In this document: positions 50,966 to 63,364 of the stretch, piece by piece
Position numbering within the stretch: the stretch's first letter is position 1
Layout: every line of letters starts with the position of its first letter
From: Mobula hypostoma
Lineage: Eukaryota
Assembly: GCF_963921235.1 (NCBI RefSeq)
Contig: NC_086097.1
Span: forward strand, 89,654,001-89,718,000
Direction of reading: 5' to 3'
Length of the DNA: 64,000 nt
Notes under the pieces: model-generated
Database searches by the model: none
The model's input: the letters and a program-made list of their open reading frames with translations, nothing else
Told to the model about the DNA's origin: nothing
Translations under genes and position numbers: made by a program

Positions 50966-52169
50966 ACTCTGTCTCCTCTTCAAGATTTACTTTTCTATAA
51001 ATATGGTGTCATCAGCAAAATTAGATACGTCATACTAGGTCCCCTATCCAAATTATTGATGTATATCATGAGCATTTGTGGGGTCAGTGCAGACCTCTAC
51101 AGCAATCTACTCTCCACTGTCTACCAACCAGAAAAGAAAACACTTATCCCAACTCTCTGCCTTGTATTGGTTAGCCAGTCCTCTGTCCCTTTTAAAGTAT
51201 CAACTCCATGCATACTTAACTTATGGACAAGTCTTTAAGGCTGCACCTCATCAAACGTCTTCTTGAAATCTAAGTATATAGCATCCACCTGTTCTGCTCT
51301 GTCTACTGCACTCATTATCCTCAAAGAAATCCAGAAGTCTGTCAAAAAGGAACTGTCCTTCATGAATATTTTTCTGTCTGCCTGAAAGAACCACTTGACA
51401 AAGATATTGGTCAAGGCCCCAGAACTCTCATCTCCTTCCTTTCTCAATAACCTGAGGTATATCCTATCAGTTCCTGGGGACTTATCCACACCAATGTTCT
51501 TTAAGAGACCTCACATACCTCCTTCTTTATCTCAAAATCTGCTAATATATTGGCATGCTCTACAGTGATCTCTCTTTCATAGAAACATAGAAAAACCTAC
51601 AGCACAATACAGGCCCTTTGGCCCACAAACTTGTGCCAAACATGTCCCTACCTCAGAAATTACTAGGCTTACCCATAGCCCTCTATTTTTATAATCTTCA
51701 TGTACCTATCCAAAAGTCTCTTAAAAGACCCTATCATATCCACCTGCACCACTGTTGCCGGCAGCCCATTCCATGCACTCACCACTCTCTGCGTAAAAAA
51801 CTTACCCCTGACATCTCCTCTGTACCTACTTCACATCTTTCTCCTTGGTAAGTATTGATACAAAGTACTCATTTAGGAGATCACCCATATCCTCCACCAC
51901 AAAGCAAATTTTCCCACCTTTAACCTTGAGTCGTCCTACTCTCTCTGTGGTTATTCTCTTGCTCCTAATGCATGTATGGAATGCTTTGGGGTTCTCTTTA
52001 ACCCAACTTGCCAGGGTCCTTTCATGGCCCCTCCTGGTTTTCCTAATTCCCTTCTTGATTTCTTTTTTTTTTTGGCTCCCTTATAATCCTCAAGGGCTCT
52101 GTTTGATTTTAGCTTTTTAAAATTTACATAAATTTCCTTTTTCTTCTTAACTAAGTTCACTACCATTCG

Positions 52170-55100
52170 ACATAAGACTATTTGACATGGGAGCAGAATT
52201 AGGCCATTCAGCCCATCAAGTCAGAATCAGGGCTTGTTATCACCGGCACGTGTTGTGAAATTTGTTAACTTAGCAGCAGTAGTTCAATGCAATACTTAAT
52301 ATAGAAGAAAAAAAATCTTCCAGGGCATCTAGGGGCGACTCGAATAGCAGCAGAACTCTCAATGGATACAATTAAATATGCCTGTTTTAGCCTGATACAG
52401 CTAAAAAGCACAACTGCTTCCAAGGTCAGTACAGTCAACAAAGATGTCTTAAGGCATTTAAACAAACTATCGCTGCTCAACACTGATGGAAACAACACCG
52501 ATTGTGGTTGGACACGTCCTCGAAGGATTCCATGGAGGAAGCATGGTTGCAGATCAGCGATGCAAGTGTGTTTAAGGAAACGGGGTTTTAAACTCCCAAT
52601 ACTGACTATCTTGCTGGCAAATGTGCAGTCTCTGGTGAATAAAATCTCCTCTGTTATTCCATCATGGTTGACTTATTATCCTTCTTGACCCCATTCTCCT
52701 GCCTTCTTGCTATAACCTTTGACGCCTTTGCTAACCAAGCACCTACCAACCTCTGCTTTAAATATACTCAATGGCTTGGCCTCTACAGCTGTCCATGGCA
52801 ATGAATTCTACAGATTCATCACCCTCTGGCTAACAAATTCCTTCTCATCTCTGCTGTAAATGGATGTCCCAGTAGCTGTGTCCTCTGACCCGAGACTCAC
52901 CCATTTAAGGAAACATCCTCTCCACATCCACTCTGTCTAGGCCTTTCAATATTCAATGAGATCCACCCACATTCTTCGAAATTCCAAGAAGTGCAGGCCC
53001 AGAGCCATCAAACGCTTCTTGTACGTTAACCCTTTCATTCCCGTAAGCCTTCTCTGGACCTTCTCCAATGTTAACACATCTTTTCTTAGACAAGGGGCCC
53101 AAAACTGCTCACAATACTCAAGTACAGTCTGACCTGTGCCTTATAAAGCCCCAGCAATACATCTTTGCTCTTATATTTTCATCCTTTTGAAATGAACATT
53201 AACATTGCATATGCCTTCCTTACCACCAACTCAACCTGCAAGTTAACCTTTAGGGAATCCTGTACAAGGATTTCCAAGTCCCTTTGCACACCTGATTTTT
53301 TAATTTTCTCCCCTTCACAAAATCGTCTAGTCTTTATTCCTTCTACCAAAGTGCATGACCATACACTTCCCCATGCTGCCACTTATTTGCCCTTTCTCCC
53401 AATATGTCCAAGTCCTTCTGCAGACTCCCTGCTTCCTCAACACTACCTGCCCCTCCTCATATCTTTGTATTGTCGGCAAACTTGGCCACAAAACCATCAA
53501 TTCCATCATCCAAATCATTTACATAGAAAGTGAAAAGAAGTGATCCCAACACCAACCTCTGTGGAACACTTCGTGTCATCAGCAATCAACCAAAGGCCCC
53601 CTTCATTCCCGTTCTTTCCCTCCTGCCAGGCAAGATTTCCCTTTAAAGAAACTATGCTGACTTTGGCCTACTTTATCACCTGCCTCCAAGTACCCCAAAA
53701 CCGCATTCTTAATAATGGACTCCAATATCTTCCCATCCACTTAAGTCAGGTTAACTGGCCTCTAATTTCCTTTCTTTTGCCTTCCTCCCTTCTTAGAGAG
53801 TGGAGTGGCATTGCAATTTTCCTCCAGAACCATTGCAGAATCTAGTAATTCTTGAAAGAATTACTAATCCCTCCACAATCTCTTCAGCTACCTCTTTCAG
53901 AACCCTGTGCGTGATCCAACTGATCCAGCTGACTTATCTACTGTACTTTCAGACCTTTCAGCTTCCTAAGCATCTTCTCCTTAGTAATAGCAACTACACT
54001 CGTGCGTGCCATCTGACTCTCTTGAATTTCTGGGACACTACTACCGTCTTCCACAGTAACGACTGATGCAAAATACTTATAAAGTTCATCCACCATTTCT
54101 TTGTCCTCTGTTATTACCTCTCCAGCATCACTTTCCTGTGGTCCAATATCCACTCTCACCTCTCTTTAACTCTTTATATATCTGAAGAATCTTTGGTAAC
54201 TGCTTTGATATTTTTGTCTAGCTTATCTTCACAGTTCATCTTTTCTCTCCTTATGGTCTCTTTAGTTGCCTTTTGTAGATTTTTAAACATTTCCCAATCC
54301 TGCAACATCCTGCTATTTTTTGCTCTATTATCTGGCTTCTTTTATACTTCTATGCTGTAATCTACTTCTCATGTCAGCCATGGTTGTGTCATCCTGCCTT
54401 TAAATACTTCTTAATTTTTGGATTTATCTATCCTGTGTCTTCCGAATTGCCCCCAGAAACTCCAGCCATTGTTGTTCTGCCATCATACTTGCTAGTGTTC
54501 CCTTCCAATCTATTTTGGCCAGCTCCCCTCTCATGCCTCTGTAATCCCCTTTACTCGACGGTAGTACTCATACATCTGACTTTATCTTCTGCCTCTGAAA
54601 CTGCAGGATGAATTCTATCAATATGATCACTGTTTCCCAAGGGTTCCTTGACCTTCAGCTCCCTTAACAAATCTAGTTCATGACACGACTCTCAATCCAG
54701 GATTGCCTTTCCCCTAGTGGAGTCAATCAGATGCTGTTCTGAAACACCATCTCGTAGAGGCAGTCAACAAATTCCCTCTCTTGGGATCCAGTACCAACCT
54801 CATTTTCCCAATTGACCTGCATAATGAAATCACCCATGATTATTGTAACATTGCCCTTGTTACGTGCCTTTACTATTTCCCACATCCTGGCTACTATTCG
54901 GGGACCTGTATATAACTCCCATCAGTGACACCTCAAATCTCCTAAAACTCCTAATGAAACATAGCCACTGCCAAATCTTCCATGTAACTGCATCGATATA
55001 TTGGGCCCAACGCAAATCCTCGGAGATGATGAGTCCCAGGAATTTGAAATTGCTGCAAGGACTGGTGTGTTCCCTCGTCTTCCCCTTTCTGAAGTCCACA

Positions 55101-56045
55101 ATCAATTGTTTGGTCTTACTGACATTGAGTGAAAGTTGGTGCTGCCACACCACTCAACTAGCTGATATACCTCACTCCTGTATGCCTTCTCGTCATCATC
55201 TGAAATCCTGCTAGTTGTGTCATTAGCAAAGTTATAAACGGCATTTGAACCGTGGCATTCCACACAGTCATGGGTGTAGAGAGAGTAGAGCAGTGGGATT
55301 TGATTCATTTTTTACCAGCAGAGCCACCCCAGTCCCTCTACTTTTGATACAAGGTGTATCATTGATTGTTAAGCTCCTGATTATGATCTTCTTTTAGCCA
55401 CAACACAGTGATGTGCACAATGTCGTACCTGCCAAACTCTAACTGCACTACAAGATCATCTACCTTATTCCGTATACTGTGTATATTCAAATATATCACC
55501 TTCAGATGTGTATTCATTTCCCTTTTCAAGTTTCCCTCCACGTTACGCTTCATTTTATACCACTGACTGCAATTTTGCTCTATCATCTGCCTGTCCATCC
55601 TCATAGTCTCACTACACACTACATCGAATTGTATAGCAACTGCCCCATCCTCAGCCCCATCTCCCTGGCTCCCATCCTTCTGTCAACTTAGTTTAAACCT
55701 TCCCCAACAGTTTTAGCAAACCTGTCCGCAAGGATATTGAACCACTTGGGTTCAGGTGTAAACCATCCTTTTTGTACAGGTAATACATTCCCAAGAAGGG
55801 ATCCATCAATGATCTAGAAATATAAAAACCCTGCCCTCCCCACCACTCCCTCAGCCACTCATTCACCTGTACTATCATCCTATTCCTGCCCTAACTGGTA
55901 CTTGGCACTAGGAGTAATCAGAGATTACTACCGTTGAGGTCCTGTCCCTCAGCCTTTTCCCTAACTCCCTATTCTCAGTGCCCAGGTCCTCTTCCCCCAT
56001 TCTGCCTGTCTCATTGGTGCCAATGCGTACCATGACCTCAGACAG
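52170..56045 (-). mobile_element. Long degraded CR1 (esterase ORF1 end, EN, RT, tail) with Rex1 insertions at 52222-52647 and 54925-55297
   Basis: VRIGTNETGR..RTSTVVIS, KKDGLHLNP, YLNIHSIRNKVDDL, LMGVIYRSPNS, VQRDLEILVQDSLKVN. Confidence 0.85.
52222..52647. mobile_element. Rex1-type insertion: minus-strand 3' tail fused to plus-strand 5' end
   Basis: 52222-52318 is antisense to the tail seen at 12650-12716; 52320-52647 ends in RGFKLPILTILLANVQSLVNK. Confidence 0.75.
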
Positions 56046-56547
56046 CCTGTGGAGACTGTCACTATTATGATACAGGAAATGAGAGAGCCAAGTTGTGCAT
56101 GGCAAGCTTCTGGAAAAAGAAATGTGATAACAGCAATGTTGGTCATGAGGCAAAAGTTGGTCATGAGGCAAAAGTTGGCCATGAGGCCATCTTCCTGCTC
56201 TCCCTTCAACTAGTCCTAGTGTGTCATTTACATCTACCTGAATATTGCTTTAAACATCTTATGGTCATGTCCAATGACATACTAATTAGTAAGTTGTCCT
56301 GTGGTTAGACTAGGGTTAAATAGCTGGGCTGCTGGGCGGTGTGACTCATTGGGCTTTAAGGGTCTGTTATGTGCAGCATCACTAAATCAGGGGTTCCTGA
56401 CCTTTTTTGTGCTGGGAGTCCCTACCAGTAGCTGAGGTGTCTGTAGACCCCAGGTTGGGAATCCCTGCTCTAAATACCAAATAAATAATTAATGCACAGA
56501 TTTCTATTCAGTTGTTGAAGACACATCAACTTGGTTCCAAGGTTTCA
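55095..56547. repeat. Copy 2 of the ~1.45-kb local duplication
   Basis: Colinear with 38503-39960; MITE at 56388-56467; extra 18-bp unit at 56138-56173. Confidence 0.9.
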
Positions 56548-56954
56548 ATGACTTTCTAAGAGCTTTTTTTTCGGCCCTCTCATTTTCATGAGCTACATAG
56601 TTTTTGATCATGATGTGAGTCCTCACCAGCAATTCCACTGTGGCCAACTCAATATCACATATGGACTGCTGGTGTGTTCAGGCCTCTGGATTGAGTGCTA
56701 AAACTTTCTGCCTAAGAAGCAAGAATGTCAACATTGTTCATGATCTCTCTGTAAGTCCTATCATTACATTAAAAGTCCCAGTGGGTTTTTGTAGAATAGT
56801 TTATTTTTATATAGTGAGCTTGAAATGATGTGGCCTGCTGACAATGGCTGAAGCCACAAATAACTGGGGCAAAGGCTGAAGCAATACTCGGGCTATTGAG
56901 AAATACTTAATAGTAGTTTATGTTGTGTGTAAGTCCCTGGGTATGGTAGCAAGT

Positions 56955-57175
56955 GGGAAACAATGAGGAGAGGGGAAAGGAAGAGAGTGAGAAAGGCAGA
57001 AACAGGGGGAAAAAGGAAAGAAAGATTAAAAAGGGGATGAGAGAAAGAAGTGAAGGGCAAGAAGGGAGGAAGAAGAAAGAAATGAGAGAGAGAAGGGCAA
57101 AGAAGGAGGATAGAGAAAACAAGGGGGTGAACGTGAAAGAGAAAGAGAGAAAAGGGTGAAAGAGAAAAAGAGAGA
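56955..57175. repeat. Purine-rich (GA) low-complexity tract
   Basis: Almost entirely A/G for ~220 bp. Confidence 0.9.
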
Positions 57176-57249
57176 CTCTAATACCACTGTTTATAATATG
57201 ACTACTACATAGACATCCACAGCAAAGTATATTTTAAATTGTCCCATTG

Positions 57250-57800
57250 AGGCCTAAAGATTTAATTGCTGTAAAGAATGTCTTACCCTTGTGGGGTAAC
57301 ATCTTTCCTGACTGGGAGTGGGGACACTCTGCTTGGCAGTTGGCCGTGAAACAATCTCAGGTTGTGTGGCCTTCTCCATGGAGGTTGTAGAAGTTGTAGA
57401 CTGCAGGAAATGGTTCTGACAGCTCTGGACACCTTTCTACTCTTTTGTCCTTTCTTCTCCAAGATGCTCTTGGCATCTTCTGGACATGTTGGCATCTCAA
57501 ACAATGCATGGCAAGCTGCTCGATCTGCTGATCTACCCCAGGCCACCAGACGAAGCTTCGAGCCAGTGCTTTCATTTTGACCATGCTTAGATGGCCGGCA
57601 TGTAGCTCTTCCAACACTTTAACTCTCAGCTTGGATGGTGCAACAACTCTCAATCCCCACATGAGGCAACCTCCATCAAGGGCAAAGATCATCCCGGTGC
57701 TGGACATTCTGCTACACATTCCAGCCATTTTGTGTGGCCATGTAGATCTGAGATAGTGTAGGCTCTTTTCTGCTTTCCCTTTGGGTAAGTTCTGCAGTAA
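57250..57800 (-). mobile_element. Gypsy element A: integrase zinc-binding region and C-terminus (core deleted)
   Basis: GCLMWGLRVVAPSKLRVKVLEELHAGHLSMVKMKALARSFVWWPGVDQQIE..CLRCQ. Confidence 0.9.
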
Positions 57801-57801
57801 T

Positions 57802-60479
57802 AAGGAGACAATTGAGTTGCTTTATGGAGACGTGGCTAAAGGATGCATGTCTCTGGGAGCTGAACGTCCAAGGATACACTGTGTATCGGAAGGATAGGAA
57901 GGTAGGCAGAGTGGAGGGCGTGGCTTTATTGGTAAGAAATGATATTAAATCATTAGAAAGAGGTGATATAGGATCGGAAGTTGCAGATTCTTTATGGGTT
58001 GAGCTAAGAAATTGCAGGGGTAAAAGGACCCTGATGGCAGTTTATATATAGGCCTCCAAACAGCTGCAGGGATATGGACTACAAATTACAAGGAAATAGA
58101 AAAGGCTTGTCAGAAGGGCAGTGTTATGATAATTGTGGGGGATTTTAACATGCGAGTGGATTGGGAAAATCAGGTCAGTACTGGATCTCAAGAGAGAGAA
58201 TTTGTAGAATGTCTGTGAGATGGCTTTTTAGAACAGCTTGTTGTTGAGCCCACTAGGGGATCGGCTGTACTGGATTGGGTATTATGTAATGAACCGGAGG
58301 TGATTAGAGAGATTGAGGTGAAGGAACCCTTAGGTGGCAGTGATCATAACATGATTGAGTTCACTGTGAAATTTGAAAAAGAGAAGCCGAAATCTGATGT
58401 GTTGGTATTTCAATGGAGTAAAGGAAATTACAGTGGCATGAGAGAGGAACTGGCCAAAGTTGACTGGAAAGGGACACTGGCATGAAAGACGGCAGAGCAG
58501 CAGTGGCTGGAGTTCATGCAAGAAGTGAGGAAGGTGCAAGACAGGTATATTCCAAAAAAGAAGAAATTTTCAAATGGAAGAAGGATGCAACCGTGGTTGA
58601 CAAGAGAAGTCAAAGCCAAAGTTAAAGCAAAGGAGAGGGCATACAAGGAAGCAAAAATTTGTGGGAAGACAGAGGATTGGGAAGTTTTTAAAACCTTACA
58701 AAAGGAAACTAAGAAGGTCATTATGAGGGAAAAGATTAACTATGAAAGGAAGCTAGCAAATAATATCAACGAGGATGCTAAAAGCTTTTTCAAGTATATA
58801 AAGAGTAAAAGACAGGTGAGAGTAGATATAGGACCGATAGAAAATGATGCTGGAGAAATTGTAATGGGAGATAAGGAGATGGCAGAGGAACTGAACGAGT
58901 ATTTTGCATCAGTCTTCACTGAGGAAGACATCAGCAGTATACCGGACACTCAAGGGTGGCAGAGAAGAGAAGTGTGCGCAGTCACAATTACGACAGAGAA
59001 AGTACTCAGGAAGCTGAATAGTTTAAAGGTAGATAAATCTCCTGGACCAAATGGAATGCACCTGCGTGTTCTGAAGGAAGTAGCTGTGGAGATTGCGGAG
59101 GCATTAGTGATGATATTTCAAAAATCGATAGATTCTGGCATGGTTCCGAAGGACTGGAAGATTGCAAATGTCACTTCGCTATTTAAGAAGGGGGCAAGGA
59201 AGCAAAAAGGAAATTATAGACCTGTTAGCTTGACATCGATGGTTGGGAAGTTGTTGGAGTCGATTGTCAAGGATGAGGTTACAGAGTACCTGGAGGCATA
59301 TGACAAGATAGGCAGAACTCAGCATGGATTCCTTAAAGGAAAATCCTGCCTGACAAACCTATTACAATTTTTTAAGGAAATTACCAGTAGGCTAGACAAG
59401 GGAGATGCAGTGGATGTTGTATATTTGGATTTTCAGAAGGCCTTTGTCAAGGTGCCACACATGAGGCTACTTAACAAGATAAGAGCCCATGGAATTATGG
59501 GAAAGTTACATACATGGATAGAGCGTTGGCTGATTGACAGGAAACAGAGAGTGGGAATAAAGGGATCCCATTCTGGTTGGCTGCCGGCTACCAGTGGTTT
59601 TCCACAGGGGTCCGTGTTGGGGCCGTTTCTTTTTACATTGTACATCAACGATTTGGATTATGGAATAGATGGCTTTGTGGCTAAGTTTGCTGATGTTGCA
59701 GACGCAATGGGCAGACTATTATTTAAATGAGGAAAGAATTCAAAGTTCAGAGATGCAACGGGACTTGGGAGTCCTTGTACAGGATACCCTTAAGGTTAAC
59801 CTCCAGGTTGAGTCAGTAGTGAAGAAGGCGAATGCAATGTTGGCATTCATTTCTAGAGGAATAGAGTATAGGAGCAGGGATGTGATGTTGAGGCTCTATA
59901 AGGCGCTGGTGAGACCTCACTTGGAGTACTGTGGGCGGTTTTGGTCTCCTTATTTAAGAAAGGATGTGCTGACGTTGGAGAGGGTACAGAGAAGATTCAC
60001 TAGAATGATTCCAGGAATGAGAGGGTTAACATATGAGGAACATTTGTCCGCTCTTGGACTGTATTCCTTGGAGTTTAGAACAATGAAGGGAGACCTCATA
60101 GAAATGTTTCGAATGTTGAAAGGCATGGACAGAGTGGATGTGGCAAAGTTGTTTCCCTTGATGGGGGAGTCTAGTACAAGAGGGCATGACTTAAGGATTG
60201 AAGGGTGCCCATTCAGAACAGAAATGCGAAGACATTTTTTTAGTCAGAGGGTGGTGAATCTGTGGAATTTGTTGCCACGGGCAACAGTGGAGGCCAAGTC
60301 ATTGGGTGTATTTAAGGCAGAGATAGATAGGTATCTGAGTGGCCAGGGCATCAAAGGTTATGGTGAGAAGGTGGGGGAGTGGGACTAAATGGGAGATTGG
60401 ATCAGCTCATGATAAAATGGTGGAGCAGACGCGATAGGCCGAATGGCTGACTTCTGCTCCTTTGTCTTATGGTCTTATG
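57802..60479 (+). mobile_element. CR1 LINE ORF2 (5'-truncated in EN, young, few stops, short deletion after FAD) inserted in Gypsy A
   Basis: ETWLK, GGSDHNMIEF, 404-aa ORF with NYRPVSLTS, YLDFQKAF, PQGSVLGP; 239-aa C-terminal ORF; tail tcttatggtcttatgg. Confidence 0.97.
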
Positions 60480-61709
60480 GAGAATTATGTCAACAGCAGT
60501 ATCCTCTTTTGTAAATTGTCCAGGTATTTCCTTTGCCAAGGGTAAACAGGACAATCCATCAGCCTTACCATGATTAGTTGTCCTCTTGAATTCTGTCTTG
60601 TAATTCTGTCCTCCAAAAAACAGAGCCCATCTCTGCAATCGTGCTGCTGCTGTTAGTGGAACATCCTCCTGTGGATTGAAAATGGACACTCGTGGTTGAT
60701 AACCATAACAAGGGTAAACTCTCTCCAGTAGAAGTACTGGTTGAAATGTTTTACACCCCAAATCAGACTCAAATCTTCACTGTCGATCTGTGTGTACTTT
60801 TTCCCTGTAGCGGTAAGGGAACGTGACACAACGGCTTCCATCACTCATAATATGTGGCATGACTGCACCTACACCATAAGGTAAGGCATCACAGGCAAGT
60901 TTCACTGGATGATGTGGATCATCATCTGTGAGCACAGTGTCTGCCATCACCATTTCCTTGGCCTCTTTGAAAGCCACTTCCCACTGCTTTGTCCATTGCC
61001 ATTTCTTCTGGATTTGTAGTAATGTTTTCAATGGATGGAGCACAGTTGCCAGGTTTGGCAGGAACCTGCTGTAGTGATTGACAAATTCTGAAAAGGACCA
61101 CAACTGTGACATGTCCTTTGGCCTTGGGGCATCCACCACTACTTGAATTTTCTCAGCATACTTGACTAATCCTTGTGTGTCAATAGTGTAACCATAGTAA
61201 GTGATCTTTGATGTAAAGAATTCACACTTGTCACATCGTGCTCTGAGCCCATAATCTTATAATGTTTTTAACACTGGCTTGAGATTTTAGAGATGTTTTC
61301 TGTCATCCTTACCGATAACAATGATGCTATCCAGGTAACACCGAGTGCCTGGGCAGCCTTATAACACCAGGTCCATAGCTTTCTGCCAGAGTGCAGGTGA
61401 AGATGCTACTCCAAAGATAAGCCTATTGTAGCAATAATGTCTTTTGTGGGTGTTTACGGACAGAAATACTTTGGACTCTTCTTCCATCTTTATTCATAGG
61501 TAGGCCTCAGCTGTCCCCTTTGCTGGTGTTTCCCTCCAGAAAGGTTTGCAAAGATACCCTCTATCCTGGGCAGAGGGTATTGATCTACTTTCAGTACTAA
61601 TTTGATGGTGACCTTAAAGTCACCGCAGGTCCTGAGAGACCCATACTTCTTGGCTACTAGGACCAATGGCATTGCCCATGGGCTCTACTCAACCTTAGAA
61701 GGAACTCCA
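60480..61709 (-). mobile_element. Gypsy element A: RT and RNase H, degraded
   Basis: LRTCGDFKVTI..DQYPLPRIE, CYLDSII, LACDALPYGVGAVM, AARLQRWAL, NHGKADGLS. Confidence 0.92.
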
Positions 61710-63364
61710 TGTGATCTAGCTCACTGGCTGTGTGTACATAATAAGCAACTACAGTTCCCAGTGTGCAATGCGGGTGATTCACCTGGAACTGGAAGTGACG
61801 TTGGTGAGCTGGTTGTATGTACTCAGCTCAAGCTGAATCCATGACTGAAAATTCTATGAACAAAAGTGCACTAGCGTTTTACCCATGCTGTTTGGCTTTA
61901 TTAAGAACAAACTTAAAATGGTGTCAGAAGTTGGTGTGGAAGAGCTGGAGGCATGGATGAAAAATTGAAAGTGTACATCTTTCTATATGAAATTGGTGAA
62001 GATGCTTTGGACATTGACAACATCTTTCAAATTGATGAGACAGCTTTTACATTGGACGCTCTAATGACAAAATTTGAGGAGTATTTTGTCCTAAGTAAAA
62101 ACATCACGTTTGAGAGATGTAAGTTTTTTTCCTGTGATCAGAAACAAGGTGTTAGCCTTTACCAATACTTAGCTGAACTTCTCACACTGAGTAAGTCCTG
62201 TGAGTTTGGAGATTTGAGAGATTCACTAGTTAGGGACGAAATAGTTTGTGGAGCTTTAAATAATGGGTTCAGAGAAAGATTATTCTGGGGAAAAGATTCA
62301 ATGTTGGAAAGGGCTATGGATATGTGTAGGGCAGCATAGATCACACAATCACAGGCTAAGGAGCTGCACAGGGCTGAAACAACAGTACATGCTGTGAAAA
62401 CAGAGGGGCAGAGCACAAGGCGTTTCCCAAAGCAACAACAAAGAAAAGAGGAAGGCTCAAACAGTAAATGTAGCGAATGTAGAAGTAGGCACATCCTAAA
62501 GGTGTGTGTTGCTTATGGAAAGTCCTGCAACAATTGTGGAAAGAAGAATCATTTTGCAAAGTGCTGCAAAGCTGGGGCTACCAAGCAAAAGGTGCATATG
62601 GTTGCTGAGGAAATGAAGGAAGTCTTTATAGACAGACTGCTGATGCTGGTAAGATGGAACGGATTTTTCCAATGACTGTGAATGAGACAGTAATTCCATT
62701 TCAATTTGACGCCGGAGTCCAGGTGAATCTGTTGTCTATGGATGATTACAAAATGCACAAGATTTACCCAGTGAAGGTAAAAGCTATATTGGAGGGAACA
62801 TTCCAGTTAAAGGGGGCTGTTTAGTGACCTTCAAGCACAAGGGACAGCACCTAAAAGCACAGTTACTGATTGTTGAAAAGCGAGTATGGCCAATACTAGG
62901 TCTGAGTGAATGTGAAAAGCTCAACCTAGTGAAAAGAGTTTTCATCGTGGCTTCACAGACCTAAGATGGCCACACTTGATTTATGGAAGAATACACAGAT
63001 CTCTTTGAGGCGTTCAGATGCTTACCTGGTGTACACAAAATGCATATCGATGAGACAGTGACTCCTGTTGTCCGTGCTTGCAGAAAAGTTCTGTTTGCAT
63101 TTAGAGACAAACTTAAGCAAGAACTGACACCCATGGAATGGGTAAATGTCATCCAGAAAACAGCAAACTGAGTGAACTCACTGCTCATTTGTGCAAAAGA
63201 AAAATGGAGCATTACGGATATGTCTAGACACAAGAGATCTCAATAAAGCCATCAAGAGAGAGCATTCTAAATTGCCAGCAAGGGAGGAGATCATGTCCTG
63301 GTTTGCAGGTGCCAAGTGATTTAGCAAACTCGACGCATCATCTAGGTTTTGGCAGATGAAGTTT
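61710..63364 (+). mobile_element. Gypsy element B: 5' LTR (~61710-61918), PBS, gag, protease, RT start; degraded and truncated
   Basis: TG start; gag KNITFER..SCEFGDLRDSLVRDEIVCG, knuckle CNNCGKKNHFAKCC, FQFDAGVQVNLL, LRICLDTRDLNKAIKREH, SKLDASSRFWQ. Confidence 0.9.
61919..61931 (+). other. Primer-binding site complementary to a tRNA-Leu 3' end
   Basis: tggtgtcagaagt directly after the LTR-like segment and before gag. Confidence 0.7.

Larger units (their letters stand above)
47975..52165 (-). mobile_element. Stack of nested CR1 LINE fragments
   Basis: Several tails (catagaacatag ~47980, aacataagaaataag ~49280, catagaaacatag ~51578) and RT motifs (WIQNW, YLDFKKTFD, DKSPGTDRIYLR). Confidence 0.85.

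Noticed and set aside
56907..57159. Lys/Glu/Arg-rich and Phe/Leu/Ser-rich ORFs
   Set aside because: Translations of a GA-rich low-complexity tract.
58516..60388. 404-aa and 239-aa ORFs as a host gene or domesticated RT
   Set aside because: Standard CR1 ORF2 with upstream stops, a deletion after FAD and a CR1 tail.
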